The notes under the pieces: generated by a model
Databases searched by the model: none
Told to the model about the DNA's origin: nothing
What the model saw: only the letters and a program-made list of their open reading frames with translations
Position numbers and translations under genes: made by a program
In this document: positions 24,651-32,215 of the stretch, piece after piece
Position numbering within the stretch: the first letter of the stretch is position 1
Layout: each line of letters begins with the position of its first letter
NCBI GenBank assembly: GCA_964565105.1
Contig: CAZMCG010000004.1
Location: 1 to 32,215 of the forward strand
From: an uncultured Candidatus Saccharibacteria bacterium
Lineage (GTDB): Bacteria > Patescibacteriota > Minisyncoccia > UBA6257 > Colwellbacteraceae
Length of the DNA stretch: 32,215 bases
Direction of reading: 5' to 3'

Positions 24651-26183
24651 ATGTTAGGAAGAGGATTAGAATCGCTCATCCCCCCACGCCAAAAAGGCTC
24701 TACGGGGCAGGACCCGAAGCAGAACCCCGAAGGAGAGCAAGCTCCCTACGGGGCAGGCAAGTACGCTTCAGGGCGAGAGCCGCGTTTGACGGGGCAGGAC
24801 CCACACCGTCAAGAGCCTCCTCCTTTACCAAAAGCTACGGAAGGACAAGGCGCGGAGCAGACTACACCTTATAAGAGCCCCCCTCCTTCACAAGAAGTTG
24901 CAAAGGAACATGATGTAGGGCAAGAGTCACCTCCGTCAAGTACTTCCACCAGCTCAATGGAGCAGGTCTCACCTCAGCAAGTCTTTTTTCCTCTACAGGG
25001 CGTTACAGCGGGGCAAGGTTTGCAACAGCCCACAACTCAACATGGGAGCCCTCCATTACAGGGAGTTTCGGAGGAGTACAACCAGGGGCAACCCTCGGGT
25101 AAAAGCACTGAAGAAGAGCGAGTGCCCCACGAGGTTGGTAAATATAGCGCAGCAAAGACACCAAGCTATATCGTAAAAGAACAAGAGCAGGGCTATAAAG
25201 ATAATAGGCGGATCACTGAGGAGTCCGCGTTACAGAAAGTAGGGGATGAAAAGTTGTCTATTAGCGCCGAGCGTGTAGAAGAAAATCATGTAGAGCTTTC
25301 CGAACCCGCGATACCAGATCAACCTATAATGGGTGAAAATAGGCGCGACCCAGAACACGTACCGGTACCTGAATCAACGGCCGTTTTTCAAGTAGAGATA
25401 GAGAAAATCTATAAAAACCCCTATCAGCCGAGAAGGAACTTTGATGAGGAGTCCTTGCGTGAACTTGCGGTGTCAATTCGCGAGTTCGGTATTTTACAAC
25501 CACTAGTTGTTTCAAAAATAGAACAACAAACCGATTGGGGATGGTCTGTTTATTATGAGCTAATCGCTGGAGAAAGAAGATATCTTGCCGCGAAAATAAT
25601 AGGACTACAAACGGTACCCGTAATTATAAGGGAACCTTTAATAGATAGGGAGAAGCTCGAGCTTGCGGTGATAGAAAATGTCCAGCGTGAGAATTTAAAT
25701 CCGATTGAGTTTGCCCGTGCTGCAGCGAGGCTTCAAGATGAGTTTGGTATGGCACAAAGAGAGGTTGCCGCGCGCCTTGGTAAAAGCCGTGAAGTTATAG
25801 CAAATGCGGTTCGTCTATTGAGTCTGCCCTCAGAAATTCAGGAGGCTGTGGCAGGCAAAAAAATAAGCGAAAGTCATGCGCGTTTGTTGTTATCAATTGG
25901 AGATCAACAGGCGCAGGAAAAACTTTTCAGAGAAATTTTAGGAGACAATCCAACGGTAAGGGAAGTCCAGGCAAGAGTGAAGCGCATTAAGAAGGGCGAC
26001 TACAAAACAGGGTTCGTAGATCCCGACATTACATCATTAAGAGAAGAGCTTGAGGAATATCTTGGTACAAAAGTGGACCTTATGAGTAAAGGAGAGTCGG
26101 GGAAAATCACAATTAATTATTATTCTCCGGAGGAATTAGACTCTATTATTGAAAAACTTCTTAAAGACCGCCGAGCATCCTAA
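24651..26183 (+). CDS. parB: ParB/Spo0J with ~230-aa low-complexity insertion after the N-terminal peptide
   Basis: N-terminal MLGRGLESLIP, then a P/Q/G/S-rich region. The ParB core follows: IYKNPYQPRRNFDEESLRELAVSIREFGILQPLVV, LIAGERRYLAAKIIG and the HTH MAQREVAARLGKSREVIANAVRLLSLP. Confidence 0.9.
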   Translation: MLGRGLESLIPPRQKGSTGQDPKQNPEGEQAPYGAGKYASGREPRLTGQDPHRQEPPPLPKATEGQGAEQTTPYKSPPPSQEVAKEHDVGQESPPSSTSTSSMEQVSPQQVFFPLQGVTAGQGLQQPTTQHGSPPLQGVSEEYNQGQPSGKSTEEERVPHEVGKYSAAKTPSYIVKEQEQGYKDNRRITEESALQKVGDEKLSISAERVEENHVELSEPAIPDQPIMGENRRDPEHVPVPESTAVFQVEIEKIYKNPYQPRRNFDEESLRELAVSIREFGILQPLVVSKIEQQTDWGWSVYYELIAGERRYLAAKIIGLQTVPVIIREPLIDREKLELAVIENVQRENLNPIEFARAAARLQDEFGMAQREVAARLGKSREVIANAVRLLSLPSEIQEAVAGKKISESHARLLLSIGDQQAQEKLFREILGDNPTVREVQARVKRIKKGDYKTGFVDPDITSLREELEEYLGTKVDLMSKGESGKITINYYSPEELDSIIEKLLKDRRAS

Positions 26184-27853
26184 ACAAAGCGATAATCAAT
26201 TTCTTTAACCTCTTTTAGAGTTTTTATTTTAAGTATTATTTTCCAAATTTTAGATTGGTTTTCTGTATCACACTTAACGCGAATTGTATGAAAGTTTCCG
26301 CGTTTTTGCTCCGAAGAACCTATTGATACTATATTTATATGAGAACGTGAAATTATTCGCGTTATATCCGCCATAAGTCCTACTCTGTCTTCGGCAGTAA
26401 TTTTTAATTCCACTTGTTGCTTTTTCTTTTTATGAAGCTTACTTTGCGTGCCGGACTTGATAGAGCTTCGGATATGATTTCTTGCGCTTGGCGTTGCGAC
26501 AAATTCAAGCCACGAAGGGGACGGCTTTTTGTTTCTTTGTGTGATTATTTCAACGACATCACTCGAGCTCAACTTATGGTCCAATGATACAATCTTGCTA
26601 TTTACCTTTGCGGCAACACATTGGTCGCCAATATCTGAGTGGATGCGATACGCAAAGTCAACAGGCGTCGCGCCGTACGGCAAATCAACAACTTCTCCCT
26701 TGGGAGTAATCGCGAGTATCCTGTCGCTTAAAAAATCAATTTTAAAAGCATCTATAAACTCATCTTGGTCTGTAAGATCCTTCTGCCACAGTCGCAACTG
26801 CTCAACCAAGGAGATTTCTTTAATGGGTGTTTTCGTGGGGCGTTTGCCACCTTCAGAATATGCAAAGTGAGCGGCAACTCCGTGCTCTGCTTCTTCGTGC
26901 ATTTCTTTTGTCCGGACTTGAAATTCAATGATTTTTTGATTGGGGCCGAGGATGGTTGTGTGTAGGCTCCTGTAGCCATTTGGTTTGGGCGTTGCGATAT
27001 AGTCCTTGAACCTTCCTGGTAGCGGTGACCAGATATTGTGTATAACACCAAGTGTTCCGTAGCAATCCTCGACGCTATCGACAACAATTCGAAACGCGAC
27101 AAGGTCGTAAATTTTGTCGAGATCCATCTCATACTGCAAAAGCTTCTTGTATAGACTTGTATATCTTTTTGCGCGGAAATCAATTTTAGCAATGTTGATG
27201 CCTTGGTTTGCTAACTCCCTTTTTACTTCAGGCTTTAGTTTTGCAAGATAGGTTTCGCGTTCTCCATAGCGCTCTTTCATATTTTTCAGGAGCCACCTAT
27301 ACTCTTTTGGATAGACGTATGGGAATGCCAAGTCTTGCATCTCACCTGCTAAGTGCTGCATACCGAGCCTGTATGCTAGTGGTGCGTAAATTTCCATTGT
27401 TTCGAGCGCTATTCGTTTTTGCTTTTCTTTTGGGAGAGGCCCCAGTGTCAGCATGTTATGTTTTCTGTCCGCAAGCTTGATTAAAATAACACGCAAGTCT
27501 TCGGCCATTGCTAAAATCAGTTTTCGTAAGTTTTCTTTTTGATTTTCATCACCATGATATTTAACTTGCCCGAGACTTGTAACGCCGTCGACTAGCTTTG
27601 CAACGTCTTTTCCAAATTCATTTTCAAGATCTTCGTTAGTAATTTTTGTATCCTCGACCGTGTCGTGCAAAAGTCCCGCGGCGATTGTTGTTTCATCAAG
27701 TCCCCAGTCGGCTAAGTACTCGGCGGTTTTTAAAACATGATTAAAATACGGCTCGCCGGTAAGTCGTTTCTGTCCTTTATGTGCCTCTTTTGCAAACTCA
27801 TGCGCCCTGTCGATGAGAGTTGAGGTTTTTTGTAGTTCGGCTATAGAAGCCAT
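26180..27853 (-). CDS. rel: Bifunctional (p)ppGpp synthetase/hydrolase (RelA/SpoT homologue)
   Basis: The start is taken at MASIAELQK (ATG 27853), because the longer ORF overlaps the topA 3' end. It has HD motifs (HFNHVL, LLHDTVEDT), the synthetase motif RFKDYIATPKPNGYRSLHTTI, a TGS domain (ITPKGEVVDLPYGATPVDFAY) and an ACT domain (ITAEDRVGLMADITRIIS). Confidence 0.9.
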   Translation of the reverse strand: MASIAELQKTSTLIDRAHEFAKEAHKGQKRLTGEPYFNHVLKTAEYLADWGLDETTIAAGLLHDTVEDTKITNEDLENEFGKDVAKLVDGVTSLGQVKYHGDENQKENLRKLILAMAEDLRVILIKLADRKHNMLTLGPLPKEKQKRIALETMEIYAPLAYRLGMQHLAGEMQDLAFPYVYPKEYRWLLKNMKERYGERETYLAKLKPEVKRELANQGINIAKIDFRAKRYTSLYKKLLQYEMDLDKIYDLVAFRIVVDSVEDCYGTLGVIHNIWSPLPGRFKDYIATPKPNGYRSLHTTILGPNQKIIEFQVRTKEMHEEAEHGVAAHFAYSEGGKRPTKTPIKEISLVEQLRLWQKDLTDQDEFIDAFKIDFLSDRILAITPKGEVVDLPYGATPVDFAYRIHSDIGDQCVAAKVNSKIVSLDHKLSSSDVVEIITQRNKKPSPSWLEFVATPSARNHIRSSIKSGTQSKLHKKKKQQVELKITAEDRVGLMADITRIISRSHINIVSIGSSEQKRGNFHTIRVKCDTENQSKIWKIILKIKTLKEVKEIDYRFV

Positions 27854-27884
27854 ATGAGAAATATGACGGATAGGGAGGAATGTA

Positions 27885-29993
27885 TCAAGTACTTTTACTA
27901 TCTTTAGCGGCTTCTTGCCCCGCGGAGCCTTGGCGACGTGGGGTTTTCTTTTTCCCTTGGGCGTCCGCTTTAGGCGGATTAGCTTCCCTAGATTCAGCTT
28001 TGCTGGATCGGGCGATCGCCTCTGGCGATTTAGTCTCTTGTGGTTCCAGTGGGTTTGTCCAACTCGCAAAGTCACAGTCCGGATAACGATTGCACCCGAA
28101 GAAAATCTTTCCACGTTTTGTACGACGGATTATGACCTCACCCCCTTTGTCCCCGCATGTCGGGCACTTCATGCCGATTTCCTGCGGTGGCGCCTTTAAA
28201 CTTTTTGTTGTTTTACACTCGGGATAATCAGAACAGGCCATAAATTTTCCAAACCTACCATATTTTATAAGCATACCTTTACCACACTTCTCGCATTTCT
28301 CATCGGTTTTTTCTACAAACTCTTCCTTCTTTACTTCTTCGTATTTTTTCTCAAGGTTTTCGTTAAATGGGACATAGAATTGCTCGACAACACTCTTCCA
28401 ATCGCGCTTCCCGCCCGCGACCACATCAAACTCCTCTTCCATTTTTGCGGTAAAACCTACGTCAACGACATTAGGAAAATGTTCCGAAAGTACTTTATTA
28501 ACAATAACGCCCGTCTCGGTAGGCGTAAATCTGCGGGCATCATTTTTCTCTACATATCCTCTGTCTTGAATTACGGAAATTATGGGGGCATAGGTAGACG
28601 GGCGGCCTATGCCGTGCTCTTCTAGTGTTTTTACGAGACTCGCCTCGTTGTACCGTGCTTTGGGTTCAGTGAAGTGCTGTTCGGGTATTATTTCTTTCAA
28701 ATCCAGCGGGTCGCTAGCCTTGAGCTTCGGTAGTTCTTTTTCGGTAATTTTAGACGGCCAAATTTTTAAATATCCGTCGAATCGCAATATATTACCGTTC
28801 GCTTTTAGTGTGTATGTATTTTTATCGGTCTTGGCTAGTATTTCTACAGAAGTTGCGTCAAAAACCGCTTGAGGCATCTGTGATGCGATAAACCTTTGCC
28901 AAATAAGTTCGTAGAGCTTGCGTTGCTTTTCGTCTTTGATATCTGCAGGTAGCTTGTTGGGGTCGGTCGGTCTTATTGCCTCGTGAGCCTCTTGGGCAAG
29001 TTTAGACTTGGCCTTGAACGTTCGCGGCACGGCTATTGCATATTCCTTTCCCAACTCACTTGTTATCCACGCCTTCGTGGCCGTTAATGATTCCTCAGAG
29101 AGATTTAGTGAGTCGGTTCTCATATAGGTAATACGCCCCGCCTCATAGAGTTTTTGTGCGAACATCATAGTTTGCTTTGCGGAGAAGTGTAGCCTTTGCG
29201 AAGCGGTTTGTTGAAGCGTACTTGTGGTAAATGGGGGAAGCGGGTTGCGTTTAGTTTCTTTTTTAATGACGCTGTAGACGGAGATCTCTGAGTTCTTTAT
29301 ATCACCCACAATCCCTTTCGCCTCCTTTTCGTTTTTAATATCAAGCTTATCTAGTACTTTGTCACCAATTTTAGAAACAACAGCTTCAAATTCTTTACTT
29401 TCTTTGTCAAAAAGCGTTGTTATAGACCAATACTCATCGGGTTTAAATTTTTTAATTTCTTCTTCGCGCTCTACAATCAGCTTTACTGCGACTGACTGCA
29501 CACGTCCGGCCGAGAGTCCTCCCCGAATTTTTTTCCAGAGAAACGGAGATAGCTTATATCCCACAAGGCGATCAACAACGCGCCTAGCTTGCTGAGCGTC
29601 AACGAGGTTTTGGTTTATCTCCCGCGGGGTTTTAAGCGCGGTCTCTATAGCGGTTTTTGTTATTTCATGAAATACGATTCGCTTCGTTTTTTTAGGTTCC
29701 ACCTTAAGCGCATGCATTAAGTGCCACGCTATCGCTTCTCCTTCACGGTCTTCATCTGTTGCAAGAATGATGTCGTCGGCTTTTGCTGCTTCTTTTATAA
29801 GCGCGGTAACGCGTTTTTGAACTTTTCGAGGAATTATATATTGAGGTTCAAAGTTTTCCTCGACATCAACGCCCAACTTACCCCTTGGTAAGTCGCGAAC
29901 ATGCCCATAAGAGGAGGTGACGGCGTAGTCTTTACCCAAGAATTTTGATATCGTCTTCGCCTTGGTAGGCGACTCAACTATTACAAGTTTCAT
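27885..29993 (-). CDS. topA: DNA topoisomerase I with zinc-ribbon repeats and a low-complexity C-terminal tail
   Basis: TOPRIM MKLVIVESPTKAKTISKFLG...SYGHVRDLP, the active-site context RITYMRTDS, CxxC zinc ribbons (CEKCGKGM, CPTCGDKGG) and the tail ...ANPPKADAQGKKKTPRRQGSAGQEAAKDSKST. Confidence 0.95.
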   Translation of the reverse strand: MKLVIVESPTKAKTISKFLGKDYAVTSSYGHVRDLPRGKLGVDVEENFEPQYIIPRKVQKRVTALIKEAAKADDIILATDEDREGEAIAWHLMHALKVEPKKTKRIVFHEITKTAIETALKTPREINQNLVDAQQARRVVDRLVGYKLSPFLWKKIRGGLSAGRVQSVAVKLIVEREEEIKKFKPDEYWSITTLFDKESKEFEAVVSKIGDKVLDKLDIKNEKEAKGIVGDIKNSEISVYSVIKKETKRNPLPPFTTSTLQQTASQRLHFSAKQTMMFAQKLYEAGRITYMRTDSLNLSEESLTATKAWITSELGKEYAIAVPRTFKAKSKLAQEAHEAIRPTDPNKLPADIKDEKQRKLYELIWQRFIASQMPQAVFDATSVEILAKTDKNTYTLKANGNILRFDGYLKIWPSKITEKELPKLKASDPLDLKEIIPEQHFTEPKARYNEASLVKTLEEHGIGRPSTYAPIISVIQDRGYVEKNDARRFTPTETGVIVNKVLSEHFPNVVDVGFTAKMEEEFDVVAGGKRDWKSVVEQFYVPFNENLEKKYEEVKKEEFVEKTDEKCEKCGKGMLIKYGRFGKFMACSDYPECKTTKSLKAPPQEIGMKCPTCGDKGGEVIIRRTKRGKIFFGCNRYPDCDFASWTNPLEPQETKSPEAIARSSKAESREANPPKADAQGKKKTPRRQGSAGQEAAKDSKST

Positions 29994-30023
29994 ACGTGTA
30001 TAATATTTTCTACTTACTACTTA

Positions 30024-30896
30024 CTAATTACTAACCTCATATCCCGATTCAGTTTCCTGTATCACTTTCCAAATAGTGAGTGTAGCAAGTGATTTACTTA
30101 CTATTTGTGGGTCAAGTTTAGTGAGTTCTATAATCCTGTCAACATTGAGCGCTGCACCTGCCTTTTGGAGTGCCTCTAATACTGCGTGTTCGTCGGCCCC
30201 AAATTCATCAAGATTTATTTGGGAAACAGACGAGGTGGATTCGATATCCAAATCTCCCAGAATTTCAGACGCGTCTGTTACAAGAGTCGTGCCGTCGCGT
30301 AGTAGGGCATGCGAGCCGGCATAGTGTGGGCTTTTTGCCGGTCCGGGAAATACAAAAACCGCTCGTCCGTCTTCTCCCGCAAACCTGGCGGTGGCAAGAG
30401 CCCCAGAGCGCTCCGGGGCCTCGATTATAACCGTGCCAAGCGACATGCCACTTATTATCCTATTACGCTCTATGAAGTTACCCTTATACGAAGGTTCTCG
30501 TGGCCCGTATTCGGAGATGACCGCGCCACCGGATTCTAAAATTTTCTGTGCGAGTTTTTCATTTTGTGCTGGATATATAGAGTCAATTCCATTTCCTAAA
30601 ACAGCTATAGTTTTACCACCGGCTTTAAGGGCGCCTTTGTGTGCCGCAGTGTCAACTCCCATAGCAAGCCCACTTATGACAACTACGCCCGCTCGTGCAA
30701 GATCATACGCAGTGGTTTCTGCAAGTTCTAGTCCTTGCTTTGTTGCTTTCCTGGTGCCCACTATCGCTACTGTAGCTTGGTCTGTGTTAATGGGTGCGCC
30801 CCTTACATAGAGCTTTTTGGGTGGATTGGAGGATTCTCCAAGGAGCGGGGGGTAGCCTTCTTTATTATTTTCAACTTCGATAAACTCTAGTTTCAT
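30024..30896 (-). CDS. dprA: DNA processing protein DprA (Smf)
   Basis: VAIVGTRKATKQG, VVISGLAMGVDTAAHKGAL, AVLGNGIDSIYPAQN, FIERNRIISG and EAPERSGALATARFA. It lies upstream of topA, as in many bacteria. Confidence 0.9.
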   Translation of the reverse strand: MKLEFIEVENNKEGYPPLLGESSNPPKKLYVRGAPINTDQATVAIVGTRKATKQGLELAETTAYDLARAGVVVISGLAMGVDTAAHKGALKAGGKTIAVLGNGIDSIYPAQNEKLAQKILESGGAVISEYGPREPSYKGNFIERNRIISGMSLGTVIIEAPERSGALATARFAGEDGRAVFVFPGPAKSPHYAGSHALLRDGTTLVTDASEILGDLDIESTSSVSQINLDEFGADEHAVLEALQKAGAALNVDRIIELTKLDPQIVSKSLATLTIWKVIQETESGYEVSN

Positions 30897-30938
30897 AAAT
30901 AGAAATTTTTGTGTTTTTGATATATTATAATATGTAAG

Positions 30939-31454
30939 ATGTCTAACGATTTTAAAGCTCGGTTTTTTCTACAGATTGGCATTGTTTTCGGGATTATGGT
31001 TGTGGTTGCAGCTGCTATGTTTTTTTTGAGTCTTGACATTAAGGCTACCACAGAAAAGTTTTTGGAAACGCAAGCAGATGCAAATGCCAGGTCGGAGCAA
31101 CTGAATGATTTAGTGCGCCTTCGTGAAGAAGCAAAACTTGCCGAGCCAAAACTAGAAATACTCCAAGCAACACTTTCCGATAAGGATGGCCTTTTTATAT
31201 TTCCAGATCAAGTGATTGCTCTTGGCGCGGATCACAATGTTTCTGTGAGGTTCGTTTATGGTGAAGAACAGCCTGATAATATTGGCTTTAATATCTCTGC
31301 TATGGGGATTTATAGAGATATTGTCAGTTTTATTGGAGCTCTTGAGGACGAATATTTTTTCAAGATACTTTCAAGTTTTGATATTATAAAAATTGAGGAC
31401 GGTCAATACCAGGGTGATATTAGTGGTATAATATATTTTGATGCTAAGGAATAA
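30939..31454 (+). CDS. Membrane-anchored hypothetical protein (TM, coiled coil, then alpha/beta domain; PilO-like architecture is speculative)
   Basis: 171-aa ORF with TM segment FFLQIGIVFGIMVVVAAAMFFL followed by a helical region rich in E/K/L. A TATAAT at 30926-30931 ends 7 nt before the ATG. Confidence 0.55.
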   Translation: MSNDFKARFFLQIGIVFGIMVVVAAAMFFLSLDIKATTEKFLETQADANARSEQLNDLVRLREEAKLAEPKLEILQATLSDKDGLFIFPDQVIALGADHNVSVRFVYGEEQPDNIGFNISAMGIYRDIVSFIGALEDEYFFKILSSFDIIKIEDGQYQGDISGIIYFDAKE

Positions 31455-31485
31455 ACTTAAAAGTAGTGAGAAAAAAGTGTTTTTT

Positions 31486-31770
31486 ATGCGAGAGCGGACA
31501 CTTTTTATTATAGGAGTGCTTTTATTCTTTGCGATTCTTGCAACTGTGGTGTGGTCGGTTGACTTCCTTAGAAAAACAGTTGTGCCAGCGCTTACAGGAG
31601 AGGGAGTCGTTGGCGGGGATGTTATTCGGTTTGATATTGATAGATATAATGCGCTTGATCTTGGGGCAGAAATTATAGAAGAGCCAGCCATAGAGGATCC
31701 ACTAATAATTATCACCGATATGCCGATACCGGAGTTTGATATTGTTGATATTGTGCCCGGTACGGAGTAA
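31486..31770 (+). CDS. Small membrane-anchored acidic protein
   Basis: MRERTLFIIGVLLFFAILATVVWSV followed by an acidic C-terminal region. The upstream part of the ORF (31438-31485) overlaps the previous gene. Confidence 0.4.
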   Translation: MRERTLFIIGVLLFFAILATVVWSVDFLRKTVVPALTGEGVVGGDVIRFDIDRYNALDLGAEIIEEPAIEDPLIIITDMPIPEFDIVDIVPGTE

Positions 31771-31799
31771 TTGCGTAAGTTTTTTGTATATTATATGAT
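31771..31799 (+). promoter_or_regulatory. Candidate promoter for the tRNA-Ile leader transcript
   Basis: TTGCGT (31771-31776), a 17-nt spacer, then TATGAT (31794-31799). Confidence 0.4.
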
Positions 31800-31800
31800 A

Positions 31801-32138
31801 GCGAGCGTGGGCTGGTGGTGTGTATCACTGCGCTTGCTGACTCTGCACTCGTTGCAAAAAAGAATGATAGCATTCTTTTTTGCCCCTCGTTTGGGTCAGT
31901 GGCGCTAACGCTTACTGATTCATCGTTCGGAATAAATAAAAAAGCGAGTTTTCTATTTATCTCCCTACTCGGGCGTGTGGCGTTGCTACTTGCACGCCCG
32001 GCACTCGAAACAAAAGAATATAGAAACAACATTCTTTTGCTTCTCGTTTGGGCGTGTGGCGAAATTGCAAGGCAATTTCTTGCACACCCATCGTTCGATA
32101 AGAATACAAAAATGAATTATTGTATTCTTATCTTACTC
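31801..32138 (+). repeat. Two degenerate ~170-nt tandem units. Each carries two GC hairpins that mimic the tRNA-Ile acceptor stem, alternating with AT-rich hairpins
   Basis: - GC hairpins: gcgagcg...cgcttgc (31801-31837), gggtcag...ctgattc (31891-31921), gggcgtg...cacgccc (31971-31999) and gggcgtg...cacaccc (32050-32089).
- AT hairpins: agaatg-atag-cattct (31861), ataaata...tatttat (31932), agaat...attct (32015) and agaatacaa...ttgtattct (32101).
- Shared linkers: gcactcg x2, ctcgtttggg x2, catcgttcg x2, tactcgggcgtgt x2.
- The second tactcgggcgtgt linker is the junction with the true tRNA. Confidence 0.8.
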
Positions 32139-32213
32139 GGGCGTGTAGCTCAGCTTGGTTAGAGCGCTATCCTGATAAGATAGAGGTCCCTGGTTCGAAT
32201 CCAGGCACGCCCA
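32139..32213 (+). tRNA. tRNA-Ile (anticodon GAU)
   Basis: GGGCGTG-TA-GCTC-AGCTTGGTTA-GAGC-G-CTATC-CTGATAA-GATAG-AGGTC-CCTGG-TTCGAAT-CCAGG-CACGCCC-A. The window ends 2 nt later. Confidence 0.95.
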
Positions 32214-32215
32214 CA

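Noticed and set aside
31712-32162. ORFs 31712-32032 (-) and 31815-32162 (+), and the idea that the 31.8-32.1 kb repeats are a CRISPR array.
   Set aside because: The ORFs run through the hairpin array and into tRNA-Ile. The repeats are degenerate ~170-nt tandem units with internal hairpins, not short identical direct repeats with unique spacers. No cas genes are present.

Overview
The window looks like a core-genome segment of a small, moderately AT-rich bacterial genome. Heavily interrupted rRNA genes, an rRNA operon with no 16S upstream, and short housekeeping proteins with low-complexity tails fit a CPR/Patescibacteria-like lineage. That placement is inference only. TGA serves as a stop codon in several conserved genes, so the genetic code is standard.

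Gene order, left to right:
- rpmE-prfA on the minus strand.
- A consensus promoter and hairpin-rich leader driving a ~4.5 kb 23S rRNA gene and a 5S rRNA. No 16S lies upstream.
- A three-gene envelope operon: membrane protein, SEDS FtsW/RodA, and MltG.
- rpoB-rpoC.
- rpsF-ssb-rpsR plus a PAP2 phosphatase.
- A visibly more AT-rich ~3.8 kb accessory stretch with a frameshifted Fur-family gene, a DUF302 protein, membrane and Cys-rich proteins, and a frameshifted papain/C39-like peptidase.
- tRNA-Leu(CAA), then parA-parB.
- A minus-strand dprA-topA-rel operon.
- Two small membrane proteins, then a structured repeat array leading into tRNA-Ile(GAU).

Most notable observations:
1. The 23S gene carries about 1.6 kb of extra sequence. 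This includes a clear ORF-less group I intron after the U2593 equivalent (the I-CreI site), IVS-like insertions at helices 25 and 45, and several unclassified insertions.
2. Hairpins that copy the tRNA-Ile acceptor stem form an array directly upstream of tRNA-Ile.
3. A DNA-level low-complexity cassette (KATEGQGAEQ) is shared in frame by RpoB, ParB and, in related form, TopA.
4. The RF1 gene lacks domain 1.
5. A 5S-sized, 5S-derived second element lies downstream of the 5S gene.
6. Several short sequence motifs recur in intergenic regions.

No CRISPR array, transposase, integrase or recognisable defence system was seen.
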